A stretch of DNA of 64,000 bases from a phage: sequence record PZ452579.1. One strand, 5' to 3'. Made by a program: the position numbers and the translations under genes. The notes below the pieces were generated by a model. That model was not told the DNA's origin and did not search any database. It worked only from the letters and a program-made list of their open reading frames with translations. Below, one piece after another: positions 17,443 to 26,306 of this stretch (position 1 is the stretch's first letter; each line of letters opens with the position of its first letter).

Positions 17443-17903
17443 TCGGTAATAAAACGTTCAACTTCATTATTCTTGGCTTTTATCTTGTCTTTATGTTCTT
17501 GTAAACTACTTTTAACAAGATTAATAATGATGCCTACAGCACCTCCACCAATAATACCACCAATAATACTTACGATAGTAGATGCTAATACGATAGCGAT
17601 AATATCTAGTACAGCAAAGGCACTTACTTTAGTACTAAAAAACCATACCGACGGTACAAATATAATCCATCCTGTTATCCATTGACACTTATTGAAAAAC
17701 TTTTCAAGCTCAGCTTGAGTTGTTCGTATTACTTCATCGATAGGTTGATATCCATTAATGTATCTGTTCACGATAATACCTGCTGGCTGGTCGATTTTAA
17801 ATTCTTGGCAAATATGTTTCACTAAGTAGGATGGACATCCTGTCCAATCTACTGAATAATACGAAATACCTTCGTTGCCATCATCTATATTATTGTTAAT
17901 CAT
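17424..17903 (-). CDS. predicted membrane protein
   Basis: 159-aa ORF with long Gly/Ile-rich hydrophobic segments. Confidence 0.5.
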   Translation of the reverse strand: MINNNIDDGNEGISYYSVDWTGCPSYLVKHICQEFKIDQPAGIIVNRYINGYQPIDEVIRTTQAELEKFFNKCQWITGWIIFVPSVWFFSTKVSAFAVLDIIAIVLASTIVSIIGGIIGGGAVGIIINLVKSSLQEHKDKIKAKNNEVERFITECRNLR

Positions 17904-18589
17904 TACCAGCCTTCCATAGGGAATTCCAGATAAACTTGAGCGTTGACACGAATTTCATTGGTAATCTTTTTAACTCGGTCTGTATTACGAGATACACGCC
18001 CGAACCAACGCCATCCATTACTAATTGCACGAGAACCAGTGTGCCATGTTTGCCAATCAAACTGAAGAAGAGTACGGTCTGGAGCTTCCCATTTCTCTAG
18101 TTCGCCTTTTTCGATTTTTTCGAGGACTTCTTTGTGCCACTGACGATAGATAAGTTCGCCATCAGGAATCTGACTGAACTCTGCAGTTCCTGTTGCAAAA
18201 TGAGTAGGACACACATCAGCGTTAACAAGACCAAGAATATGTTCAGAATGGTAACGAGGGTTGTCATAATCAGGTTGTCCTGCAGTAATAAAGTGTTGAC
18301 CAACCGGAATATCCGGGCGTGGTACATCGTCATGGTGATATCCAGGAATAGCAGGGTACCAACCAGGCATCAGCATGTGGACTCGTGAATCAAATACAAC
18401 CTGGTCGGTGTTCCAATCATCCGGCAAGTTCATGATAAAGCTACGAGTAATTGGGCCGCCATTATCAAAAGCAAAATTCAAATCGCAGTTAAAGAACATA
18501 GGCTCGTTTTTAATCTGGTCGTTTTTAATCGCATGAGCAAAACCACCTACTGCACGAGCTTGACTATTAAACACTTTAGAACTATTCAT
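17903..18589 (-). CDS. hypothetical His-rich protein (possible metal-dependent enzyme)
   Basis: 228-aa ORF; His clusters (GYHHDD, HSEH, WHTGSR). Confidence 0.5.
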   Translation of the reverse strand: MNSSKVFNSQARAVGGFAHAIKNDQIKNEPMFFNCDLNFAFDNGGPITRSFIMNLPDDWNTDQVVFDSRVHMLMPGWYPAIPGYHHDDVPRPDIPVGQHFITAGQPDYDNPRYHSEHILGLVNADVCPTHFATGTAEFSQIPDGELIYRQWHKEVLEKIEKGELEKWEAPDRTLLQFDWQTWHTGSRAISNGWRWFGRVSRNTDRVKKITNEIRVNAQVYLEFPMEGW

Positions 18590-18590
18590 A

Positions 18591-18896
18591 TTATTTTCCT
18601 CGACATTCTTTAATGAAATTTTCTAGATTGGTAGATTCAATAGCTTTTTTACGAGCTTCTGCGTGTTCTTCTTCAGACAATTTACGTTTATAATTGACCC
18701 AGACATTATGGTCGAAACTAGTCGTGGCATATAATAACAAAGCTCCGACGAATAATAAAAACGGTGATAAGAATACAAAACCAGGAACACCATCCATACT
18801 GTAAGCCTTTTGTAATACTGCAACAGAAAGAGTTGCGTAAAAAAGTGATGCAAATATTGTTAAAAGACCAATTCGGTTGGTTTCGCCTAATTTCAT
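18591..18896 (-). CDS. predicted membrane protein
   Basis: 101-aa ORF with two hydrophobic helices. Confidence 0.5.
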   Translation of the reverse strand: MKLGETNRIGLLTIFASLFYATLSVAVLQKAYSMDGVPGFVFLSPFLLFVGALLLYATTSFDHNVWVNYKRKLSEEEHAEARKKAIESTNLENFIKECRGK

Positions 18897-18917
18897 AATA
18901 TTCTCCTCATGTTTTAA

Positions 18918-18954
18918 TAGGACTACTATAACATAATCCTATAATTGTGTAAAC
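18918..18954 (-). promoter_or_regulatory. early-type promoter element with near-palindromic spacer
   Basis: GTTTAC-N18-TATAGT; ATAGGACT...AATCCTAT. Confidence 0.5.
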
Positions 18955-18966
18955 AGTTTTGCGAAA

Positions 18967-19923
18967 TTATTTGAAAGGTTTTACCATATGGAAATTTTGT
19001 TTGAAACGTTTGACGTAATCGTCATGTCCTAAGCTTTGGTACATACTTACTACTTTGCTGTAGTTTTCCCAGGCATACTCACGGAACCAACCGGAGGTGA
19101 TGCTTGTACAGACTTTTTCCAATGCCATCATGAAACTGGCTTCAGGGTTAATTTTAAAGTCATTAGGAATTTGAGAACGTTCTAATGCTAGTACACATGA
19201 TTCTTCGTATACACCAGCCAGTTTAATCATTTCCGGTAACGATTCGAACTTCTCGCGTGAGGTCATGACTTCAGAACCGTCTTTCATATAAAATGTATAC
19301 GCTGGACGGTCTGTTAGTGCAATGGCTTCGTGAATAGTATCATGGTCATATGTATAGATGTCATCTTTAAAGAACGCACTTTTAGAAGTGTCAAGAACTG
19401 GGTGAGCATAGTTCAAGGTTTCTTTCTGGCGTTTCAGCATAATTTCAGTAAGTTCATCGTTCAGTGTAACACCTTTACCACGAAGATACTGAATATGGTT
19501 CATAGTCTTTAAAAAGAATGGATTATTTTTCTTGAAACGATGAGACATCTTAATTGCAAGACATATCTCAGGAGTTGCCCAGTAAAACCCGTTCAAACGG
19601 TCTTTAGTCAAATTTTTCTTGGCGTATTTTAAAAGGTCATAAGAAGACGTGAAATCTTCGGGAGTGAGTTCACCAACTAATTCACGGACATTAGTGATTG
19701 CCGGAACAATATATGCTTCAAAATGAGTTTCGCGTCCATTATGGAAGCATTTGAAAACTTGGACATCAGGGTTATCTTGGTGGACATATACACCCATCAT
19801 TTGATTTTTGAATGCATTCCAAGAACATTGGTCCGCAATAAAGTCCCAGTCACTATTTTTGATAGCGCTAGAATCAATAAGACCATGATAGTGAAGTGCA
19901 CGAGAACCAATAACTAACATCAT
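18967..19923 (-). CDS. hypothetical protein
   Basis: 318-aa ORF; N-terminal IGSRAL...SDWDF loosely resembles a nucleotidyltransferase motif. Confidence 0.5.
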   Translation of the reverse strand: MMLVIGSRALHYHGLIDSSAIKNSDWDFIADQCSWNAFKNQMMGVYVHQDNPDVQVFKCFHNGRETHFEAYIVPAITNVRELVGELTPEDFTSSYDLLKYAKKNLTKDRLNGFYWATPEICLAIKMSHRFKKNNPFFLKTMNHIQYLRGKGVTLNDELTEIMLKRQKETLNYAHPVLDTSKSAFFKDDIYTYDHDTIHEAIALTDRPAYTFYMKDGSEVMTSREKFESLPEMIKLAGVYEESCVLALERSQIPNDFKINPEASFMMALEKVCTSITSGWFREYAWENYSKVVSMYQSLGHDDYVKRFKQNFHMVKPFK

Positions 19924-19951
19924 AATATTTTCCTCGGATTAATTCATTAAC

Positions 19952-20203
19952 TTAAATTTCACGACATGCGATATTATATTCATCCCAGAGGTCATCATGT
20001 GAAGCCTCTACCAATGGAACGATTGTACCGTTTATGTCTTCATTATAAGGGCAAATTGTACAGTGCGCATCTTCGAATCGGATGCCTTTGTGTTCAGATT
20101 TTTTATAACGCATATCGAATATCTTTGCAAACTTTTCACGAGTAATGGTTTTAGCAACCACTTCGGTTCCAATACTTTCGTAATAAATCATTGTGGACTC
20201 CAT
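19952..20203 (-). CDS. hypothetical protein
   Basis: 83-aa ORF with Cys/His residues. Confidence 0.45.
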   Translation of the reverse strand: MESTMIYYESIGTEVVAKTITREKFAKIFDMRYKKSEHKGIRFEDAHCTICPYNEDINGTIVPLVEASHDDLWDEYNIACREI

Positions 20204-20211
20204 TTAATTTG

Positions 20212-20249
20212 ATAGGACTACTATAACATAGCCCTATCTTGTTGTAAAC
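20212..20249 (-). promoter_or_regulatory. early-type promoter element with near-palindromic spacer
   Basis: GTTTAC-N18-TATAGT; GATAGGAC...GCCCTATC. Confidence 0.5.
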
Positions 20250-20253
20250 TGTT

Positions 20254-20451
20254 TTAGCAAGAATAACTAGATGATACCCAGCCTTGAACAGTAATACTAT
20301 TATTTGATAACGAGATTGCGTCCTGGAGATTCAGACCTGCGTTATCTTCAATCCATAATGTAACTTCTTCGCGTTCTTCTGTTGCAATTTGGAACAGGTT
20401 TTCCAGAGCAGCTACTGCCGTACGTACAGCACAATCTAATTCACGAGACAT
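20254..20451 (-). CDS. hypothetical protein
   Basis: 65-aa ORF. Confidence 0.4.
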   Translation of the reverse strand: MSRELDCAVRTAVAALENLFQIATEEREEVTLWIEDNAGLNLQDAISLSNNSITVQGWVSSSYSC

Positions 20452-20460
20452 ATGGTTTCC

Positions 20461-20733
20461 TTAGCAAGTGTGAGAAGATGCAACCCAACCGCCATCTTCA
20501 AGGCTCAAGTTGTAGTCGTATTGGTAAACGTCAGCCCATTCAGCATAGCCGTTTTTTGTACAACGTTCAAGATCGGCTTTAAGATGTCCGGGTGAATGAT
20601 AGGTTCCACCCATACCATAAGCTGGATACAAGTCGAATGTTGTGTTTTGTTTATCAGCAATTTCTTTGGCGGCCTCAATAGCTGCATAGATTTTTGCTAC
20701 AGCTTCAGCCAGTTCGGTTTGTTCTTTAGACAT
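20461..20733 (-). CDS. hypothetical protein, paralog of 20743..21048 (C-terminal WVxSSxxC)
   Basis: 90-aa ORF; shares the neighbour's layout and C-terminus. Confidence 0.5.
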   Translation of the reverse strand: MSKEQTELAEAVAKIYAAIEAAKEIADKQNTTFDLYPAYGMGGTYHSPGHLKADLERCTKNGYAEWADVYQYDYNLSLEDGGWVASSHTC

Positions 20734-20742
20734 AATAATTCC

Positions 20743-21048
20743 TTAGCACAACGCAGAAGACGAAACCCAAGCACCTTCAGTAATAACGTAACCATTACCT
20801 TCACGCTTAACATCGCCACCATTATTTTCAATTTCATCTTTCATCCACTGGGATACGATTTCACCCTTAGGATAATAAGTACGACCGCTACCATAATCAC
20901 CTACAGAAAATGATACGGCATATTGGTCTGCGATCTTTGTTGCTTCTTCTTCGATACGTTCAGCTTGATTCAGAAGTTTATAAATTGCATCTGAAGCGGA
21001 TTTGGCATCATTAAACTCTGGCACTTTAATTTCAATAATCTTACTCAT
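20743..21048 (-). CDS. hypothetical protein, paralog of 20461..20733 (C-terminal WVxSSxxC)
   Basis: 101-aa ORF; ends AWVSSSALC versus WVASSHTC in the neighbour. Confidence 0.5.
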   Translation of the reverse strand: MSKIIEIKVPEFNDAKSASDAIYKLLNQAERIEEEATKIADQYAVSFSVGDYGSGRTYYPKGEIVSQWMKDEIENNGGDVKREGNGYVITEGAWVSSSALC

Positions 21049-21089
21049 TTTCTACATTCCTTAATAAAGTTTTCGATTGTTTCATTTTC

Positions 21090-21137
21090 ACGTTTAGCTA
21101 GGAGTTCATTATAACTAATCATTTGAGAAGCGTAAAC
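21090..21137 (-). promoter_or_regulatory. early-type promoter element
   Basis: GTTTAC-N18-TATAAT upstream of 20743..21048. Confidence 0.5.
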
Positions 21138-21146
21138 AGCATAAAT

Positions 21147-21569
21147 TCAGTTCAGGCTTTTGCATCTTATCTCCTTAACGAATTCCATGGCTTCGTCATA
21201 TTCATACTTTTTAACAGCTTCATCATACTGAGCTTGGGCTTTTGCACATTGAATTTTCCATTCGCGTACTCGAGCTCTATAATGACGTCCTTGGTACCAA
21301 TATCCCACCCAATTAATAGGCATTAATAAAAATGGCACAATAAACGACCCGGCTATAATAAGTAAAAACACTGCATCAGACGATATAACTTCACTAGAAT
21401 CTAAAACAGCTCCTATAATCATAAGGATTAAAAATGCTAAAGCTAAAATAGGGCCAAATAGTACTTCGTTTGGGATTAATTTACGTTTGTATTCGTATGC
21501 CCAGGGCTTAATTGGCATGTACAGGGTTGGCTTTGACATATTCTCTACATTCCATAATAAATTGCTCAA
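21147..21569 (-). CDS. predicted membrane protein
   Basis: 140-aa ORF with two transmembrane-like segments. Confidence 0.5.
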   Translation of the reverse strand: MSNLLWNVENMSKPTLYMPIKPWAYEYKRKLIPNEVLFGPILALAFLILMIIGAVLDSSEVISSDAVFLLIIAGSFIVPFLLMPINWVGYWYQGRHYRARVREWKIQCAKAQAQYDEAVKKYEYDEAMEFVKEIRCKSLN

Positions 21570-22131
21570 GGATTAAATTGTTAGTGAAATTAGGACTAAC
21601 AACCATAGTTTCATAAAGCGCATCAATAGCACTTAAAGCATCAACTCTTTTAAGCAAAGGCTTGCCTTCATACATAGTTTCAGAATCGATGATTAACGTA
21701 AAGTAATATTTTTTATTATCGACTAGAACTTCTGTATCAATATAAAACATATTAGACCTCAGAAGCTTATCTCTAAAACCATAATAATCTTTAGAGCGTT
21801 CGCTGATATATTCCCATTCAGTGTTTAAACAACAAACAGACCATGTAGGAGCAACGAAATCGGTGAATCTAATATCATGGTCTGCAACTAGTTTAGCAAT
21901 AGCTCCGATATCATGAATCATAATACCTGGGGCTAATAAAGATTTTCTGCTATGGCTAGCCGTTTTCTCAGTAGTCTCATAAGAAGACGACCAGTACCAT
22001 TTACGTCCAGTTGCAACATATCGTAATGAATCAACTAAAGACGTAGGTGGATTTACCTTATCTCGGAACTCTTCGAACATTGAGTCAATATCATTATTTT
22101 GGTTTCGCATGTTAACTCCTTTATTATCCAA
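21508..22131 (-). CDS. hypothetical protein
   Basis: 207-aa ORF; overlaps the next gene by about 60 nt, so the true start may be an internal Met. Confidence 0.45.
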   Translation of the reverse strand: MDNKGVNMRNQNNDIDSMFEEFRDKVNPPTSLVDSLRYVATGRKWYWSSSYETTEKTASHSRKSLLAPGIMIHDIGAIAKLVADHDIRFTDFVAPTWSVCCLNTEWEYISERSKDYYGFRDKLLRSNMFYIDTEVLVDNKKYYFTLIIDSETMYEGKPLLKRVDALSAIDALYETMVVSPNFTNNLILEQFIMECREYVKANPVHAN

Positions 22132-22159
22132 AAGGAGGACCGGAGTCCTCCGTATTATT

Positions 22160-22768
22160 TTATTTCAAAGAGTTAATATATTCTTGTACATCAGCAGAAG
22201 TGGTTTCGACACCGGCTGGAGTGCCATTGAACGTTTCAACACGAGTCAGAGTGTCTTCGATATCAACCTTAGTCAGTGCAGCGATTTCAATTACATCATC
22301 AGCCGTAGAGATACCAAGGGCATTGGCTGCTCGAGTTTCACGAATGTATTCGAGTTTGATTGCCAGGTTCTGACGAGCATCGTCAAGTTCAACCACCTTA
22401 CGAGCAATTTCAATTCGCATAGCGGCATACCCGTCAGCTTTTGTATTAAGTTGTTCGGCAGTTCGACGATACAGAAGACCAAGCTTAGCATGCATGGTAA
22501 CATCTTGTCCTTCGGCCAGGAGCTTACGAATTTCACGTTCCTTAGAAGCGGCTTGCTTGTTCTTTTCATTAACAAGTTCGCGAATACGTTTTTCTTCATT
22601 AATAGATTTAACAGAAGCCGTTTTTAGTTCTTTGATTTGGGTAATCAACTTATCTGCAGCTGCGTTATACTGTTCTTCGACAGTCAGATTTTTAGCCATA
22701 GCAGTACCCAGTTTAGTGCGGATGAATTCAACAAGTTTCTTCAGTGTGTTCATATTATTACCTTTCAA
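22160..22768 (-). CDS. coiled-coil protein, PspA/IM30-like (tentative)
   Basis: 202-aa ORF, largely alpha-helical with charged heptad-like repeats. Confidence 0.4.
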   Translation of the reverse strand: MKGNNMNTLKKLVEFIRTKLGTAMAKNLTVEEQYNAAADKLITQIKELKTASVKSINEEKRIRELVNEKNKQAASKEREIRKLLAEGQDVTMHAKLGLLYRRTAEQLNTKADGYAAMRIEIARKVVELDDARQNLAIKLEYIRETRAANALGISTADDVIEIAALTKVDIEDTLTRVETFNGTPAGVETTSADVQEYINSLK

Positions 22769-22785
22769 TTGGTGGTTTATTATCC

Positions 22786-22821
22786 AACGAGAGCATTATA
22801 CTCTGCTCTCAAGAGTTTGTA
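22786..22821 (-). promoter_or_regulatory. early-type promoter element with palindrome around the -10
   Basis: ATTTAC-N18-TATAAT; GAGAGC...GCTCTC flanks the -10. Confidence 0.45.
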
Positions 22822-22823
22822 AA

Positions 22824-23051
22824 TTATTTTTTAATCAAATTGACATAAAACTTGGCGTCTTCGGGGTGCATGCCTTCGCAGTATTCTTCAACCATGAACT
22901 TCTTAATAGCTTCATAAGGACCACTCAGATTAAGCTCAGTTGTCCAGAACTTGGAATCTTGGGCTGAATCGATACGAACTTCAGGGTGGCGGTTGCGAAT
23001 AACTTCTTCAGTGTATTCATAATCAACGACATCAATACTAACTTTAGCCAT
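22824..23051 (-). CDS. hypothetical protein
   Basis: 75-aa ORF. Confidence 0.45.
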   Translation of the reverse strand: MAKVSIDVVDYEYTEEVIRNRHPEVRIDSAQDSKFWTTELNLSGPYEAIKKFMVEEYCEGMHPEDAKFYVNLIKK

Positions 23052-23067
23052 TTTGTTTTCCTCTTGA

Positions 23068-23109
23068 TTTGATGTGATTACTATAACATAAACTTACTTA
23101 GATGTAAAT
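23068..23109 (-). promoter_or_regulatory. early-type promoter element
   Basis: ATTTAC-N-TATAGT element of the TTGATGTGATTACTATAACATA type. Confidence 0.4.
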
Positions 23110-23262
23110 TATTTCAACGTCACCTTTAGCTGCTTTATAACCTTCAGCCCAAGATACAACAGAGTTTTTATCTGAGGATTCAAATTCAGGCATTGGACTT
23201 TCACCAATATTCACACAATATGTTTCTTCATTTTCATCGAACCAAATAATTAAAGTAGTCAT
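23098..23262 (-). CDS. small hypothetical protein (54 aa)
   Basis: ATG with GAGGAG RBS and early-promoter element upstream; MTTLIIWFDENEETYCVNIGESPMPEFESSDKNSVVSWAEGYKAAKGDVEIIYI; below ORF-track cut-off. Confidence 0.4.
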   Translation of the reverse strand: MTTLIIWFDENEETYCVNIGESPMPEFESSDKNSVVSWAEGYKAAKGDVEIIYI

Positions 23263-23280
23263 TTTGTTTACTCCTCTGTA

Positions 23281-23322
23281 GTTGATAAGTCTATAGTATC
23301 ACCATCCTTGGTGCTTGTACAT
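23281..23322 (-). promoter_or_regulatory. early-type promoter element (near-copy of 60301-60336)
   Basis: Shares the block GTTTACTCCTCTGTAGTTGATAAGTCTATAGTATCAC with the element near gene 24; spacer palindrome CACCA/TGGTG. Confidence 0.5.
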
Positions 23323-23330
23323 CATTATTT

Positions 23331-23663
23331 TTAATTTTTCCAACTTAACAACTTGTAGTGTCCTTCATTCATACGTGGTTTATCCCAAGAAATACTAATA
23401 TATGATTCGCTGTCAATAGAAGTCGCCGGGTTTTTCTCTACCGTAAGACCTTCACTTTCCAGCCATTCAATAGTATTTGCGCATAAATCTGAAGAACACC
23501 TAATCGGAAACCGGCAAGATTTTTCACCTTTAGCTGCAGTGTTATACATCTTTTCTAAAATACGCTTTTGCACGTTTTTAAAAATAGTTTCAGCAGATTC
23601 TTCAGATTTTTTATTCAGTTCAGTGTAAAGACTCATAACATTCTTCTCATTAATAGGGCTCAT
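23331..23663 (-). CDS. hypothetical protein
   Basis: 110-aa ORF. Confidence 0.45.
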   Translation of the reverse strand: MSPINEKNVMSLYTELNKKSEESAETIFKNVQKRILEKMYNTAAKGEKSCRFPIRCSSDLCANTIEWLESEGLTVEKNPATSIDSESYISISWDKPRMNEGHYKLLSWKN

Positions 23664-23693
23664 AATATCTCAATCATAAGCCCATGTACGCGT

Positions 23694-23969
23694 TTATTTC
23701 ATATTATCGAAATATTCTTCAGCGATTTCGTCATTATCATGGTAAACTTTAGAAGACAGTTTAACATAACCTTCTGCGGTGAACATATTAATCACAACCT
23801 TTATAGTATACCACTGTCCGTCTTCATTACCCATTACTGCGTAAGTTTCAAACATCGGATGGTCAGGTCCAATAACTTTAATATCATTCACCGTACGACC
23901 AAAATCTTCTGGAACGCATTTCATAAAGAAGTTGAACAGTTCACCGTAATTATCCATTTCATTCTCCAA
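23694..23969 (-). CDS. hypothetical protein
   Basis: 91-aa ORF; promoter element upstream. Confidence 0.45.
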   Translation of the reverse strand: MENEMDNYGELFNFFMKCVPEDFGRTVNDIKVIGPDHPMFETYAVMGNEDGQWYTIKVVINMFTAEGYVKLSSKVYHDNDEIAEEYFDNMK

Positions 23970-23984
23970 GTTTTTTCTGTATCG

Positions 23985-24027
23985 GTAGTTGATAGTTGTA
24001 TAGTACCACGGAAGAACAGGGATGTAA
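23985..24027 (-). promoter_or_regulatory. early-type promoter element
   Basis: GTTTAC-N-TACTAT. Confidence 0.45.
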
Positions 24028-24159
24028 ACAGTTTTGTGAAAAAATTTTTAAAAAGTTTTGGGGAATTCTAGGGCAGGGAGAGGAAATTAAAAGGTAGGAT
24101 AATATATTATAAAGGGTTAAACTAAATGATGCCTAGAGAGGCCCGGAAAGGCCTAGATA

Positions 24160-24188
24160 CCAAAAAGCCCTATCATTTAGATAGGGAT
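24160..24188 (-). terminator. intrinsic terminator after the 187-aa ip-like gene
   Basis: Hairpin CCCTATC-TAAATGA-TAGGG followed by CTTTTT on minus strand; A-run on plus side. Confidence 0.55.
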
Positions 24189-24194
24189 TTAAAA

Positions 24195-24758
24195 TTATTT
24201 ACCTAGTTTAGTTATTATAGCTTCGGCAGCAGCTTTTAGCTTAGATGCAGTGTTAATACGATTTTTAATTTCAGTATACGCATCGCCAAGAACATCAAGG
24301 CTATCAGAATAAACACTTACACTATTGCGTTCGCTATTTGAAATAGAACCTTTAGTTTTACGATCAAAATCAGTGTACACGTCTTGAAGATCACGGGCTG
24401 CCTTCTTTGCATCATCCAATGCATCAAGAGCTTTATTCAAAGCATTGACATATTTTTTAGTGTCAAACATATTCTTAGAAATTTTAACAGGTGCACGTTC
24501 AGGAGTAGCTAAGGCGGATTTAGGAACCTGCGTGCCAGATGCCAGTTTCTTAGAAATTTTGAAAAACGCTTTATTGAAACTATTTTCTTGTCTCATCGTA
24601 AAAGAACTAGTATCGATGTTATACATTTCAATAGCTTTAGCTTTCCACTTAAGAAAATCGCCGCGGTCTTTTGGATCCAAGTGGAAGAATACTTTAGTAA
24701 GATCTGCTTCAGATGGTAATTTTGCTGCTTCGGTTAAAAATTCGGCATAGGTTTTCAT
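24195..24758 (-). CDS. internal-protein-like capsid-targeted protein (IPIII-sized)
   Basis: 187-aa ORF beginning MKTYAEFLTE; terminator hairpin downstream. Confidence 0.7.
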   Translation of the reverse strand: MKTYAEFLTEAAKLPSEADLTKVFFHLDPKDRGDFLKWKAKAIEMYNIDTSSFTMRQENSFNKAFFKISKKLASGTQVPKSALATPERAPVKISKNMFDTKKYVNALNKALDALDDAKKAARDLQDVYTDFDRKTKGSISNSERNSVSVYSDSLDVLGDAYTEIKNRINTASKLKAAAEAIITKLGK

Positions 24759-24848
24759 TTAAAATCCTTGAAATAATTTATCGGTTGGTTATTAATTATT
24801 TATTACTTTGTTATTATCAGTAACAGCATTCTCTGAGTGATTCAAACT

Positions 24849-24876
24849 AAAAAGCCCCAACCTTTCGGAAGGGGCT
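24849..24876 (-). terminator. intrinsic terminator (minus strand), identical copy, closing the tRNA/RNA region
   Basis: Same hairpin plus U-tract on minus strand. Confidence 0.65.
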
Positions 24877-25187
24877 AAGCCTTGCGGCAACCTTGTCGGG
24901 GTTCCACCTGCTAAGGCAAGTGTTTGTACGAAACGCCGGGATTCGAACCCGGTTATTAAGTAGTTGACGCTACTCAATATTTTTAAAAGGCCATATCTCG
25001 ACCATATCCGAACGTTCCGTCAAAAACGCTACTCGGCTTACGGCAAAGATATTTCCTCGAATCGATAATTCTGTGCGCCGTTTCTGCTGTGATGTAATGG
25101 GATATTAACAAATCGTAAAGATTTATTAAGACCAGTCCTTACTCAGGGAACATCAGTCCGACGACTTACCGGTAGCGACCCGGCTTC
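24877..25187 (-). ncRNA. structured non-coding region with tRNA-like 3' domain (candidate small stable RNA or degenerate tRNA)
   Basis: About 310 nt without convincing ORF between a CDS stop and a terminator; contains T-arm-like CCGGG-TTCGAAT-CCCGG (about 24936-24952) plus possible acceptor pairing, but no canonical D/anticodon arms found by hand. Confidence 0.3.
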
Positions 25188-25532
25188 TTATTTTGACATA
25201 TCATCAATTTGCTCTCGACGCCGACGCCATAGATTAATCGCTTCATTAACACATTCGGCGTTTGGTATATGACGGCAATAATATAATGATTCACGTTTCT
25301 GGAACCGATGTTGCAATGGTATTTCGTTTAAAAGGTCTTTACGGTCAAAGTATTCAAAACTAGTTAACCCAGAACGGTTTTTAATGAACTTCCAATGTCC
25401 AAATTCATTTTGAACATAGATGTAATCGGCATGCTGATACAGCGAATTAATCAATCGATGAGAAATAACTGTGTCATATTCGTTAAAATAAAACGTTAAA
25501 TCATGAACTACCAGATAAATATTGCCTTTCAT
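25188..25532 (-). CDS. hypothetical protein
   Basis: Track ORF 25188..25580 starts at a TTG inside tRNA-Arg; ATG at 25530-25532 with GTGAGGA RBS gives 114 aa (MKGNIYLVVHD...). Confidence 0.5.
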   Translation of the reverse strand: MKGNIYLVVHDLTFYFNEYDTVISHRLINSLYQHADYIYVQNEFGHWKFIKNRSGLTSFEYFDRKDLLNEIPLQHRFQKRESLYYCRHIPNAECVNEAINLWRRRREQIDDMSK

Positions 25533-25550
25533 ATTTTCCTCACTTAAAGT

Positions 25551-25627
<77 letters not shown>

Positions 25628-25633
25628 AATATA

Positions 25634-25707
25634 TGACCCAGACCAGATTCGAACTGGTAACCTTTCCCTTATGAGGGGACTGCTGCTAACCATTGAGCTA
25701 CAGGGCC
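25634..25707 (-). tRNA. tRNA with anticodon CAU (Ile2/Met type), no encoded CCA
   Basis: Hand-folded: acceptor GGCCCTG/CTGGGTC (one U-U mismatch), anticodon loop CUCAUAA, T-arm ACCAG-TTCGAAT-CTGGT; 6 nt upstream of tRNA-Arg. Confidence 0.65.
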
Positions 25708-25786
25708 TAAATAACTTTCTATTATGAAAGGCACTTTAGAGTACCTTTGGTAATAGAGGGTATTAATTAATAATAACACATAATTC

Positions 25787-26302
25787 TTAAAGCAAATCAA
25801 TCATTTTAACAGTTGGCAAAACGATTTCTTCTTCAATATAAGCAAATTCAACACATTCAACTACACGCAAGAAATCATAATCATAATATTCAGAAGCATG
25901 GCCAAGAATATCAATGAGACCTTCTGATACCAAATATCCATTCTCACGGAACAGGTCGAATACACGCGATTCGTCTTCTTCAGATTTATCGCCAAGGTCA
26001 ACTTCAATACCAAAGACCTTTTTAATGAATTCCGGCTGGAGCTGGTCAGAGAACAGTCCTTCAACCAGATATTCGTAGATAATAAGCGAGCAACGACCGA
26101 ATGGCATATTACCACAGTAACGTTCAGCTTTAGTGCTAGAATGACGACTCTTAAATTTCTTCAAAAGATATTTAAACTGTTGGAGCTCATGCTCTTCTAC
26201 ACCAAACAACGTTTTAGTTTTATAGTTGTCGCCGTCATTTTCCCAAGTAGTGACATCAATTACGTAACCCTTAGGAATTGTACTGCCTAAACAAATATTC
26301 AT
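25787..26302 (-). CDS. hypothetical acidic protein
   Basis: 171-aa ORF upstream of the tRNA pair. Confidence 0.5.
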   Translation of the reverse strand: MNICLGSTIPKGYVIDVTTWENDGDNYKTKTLFGVEEHELQQFKYLLKKFKSRHSSTKAERYCGNMPFGRCSLIIYEYLVEGLFSDQLQPEFIKKVFGIEVDLGDKSEEDESRVFDLFRENGYLVSEGLIDILGHASEYYDYDFLRVVECVEFAYIEEEIVLPTVKMIDLL

Positions 26303-26306
26303 TTAC

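Noticed and set aside
24792-24977. 61-aa minus-strand ORF overlapping the terminator and tRNA-like region
   Set aside because: It spans a terminator hairpin and the tRNA-like T-arm; more likely RNA than protein.
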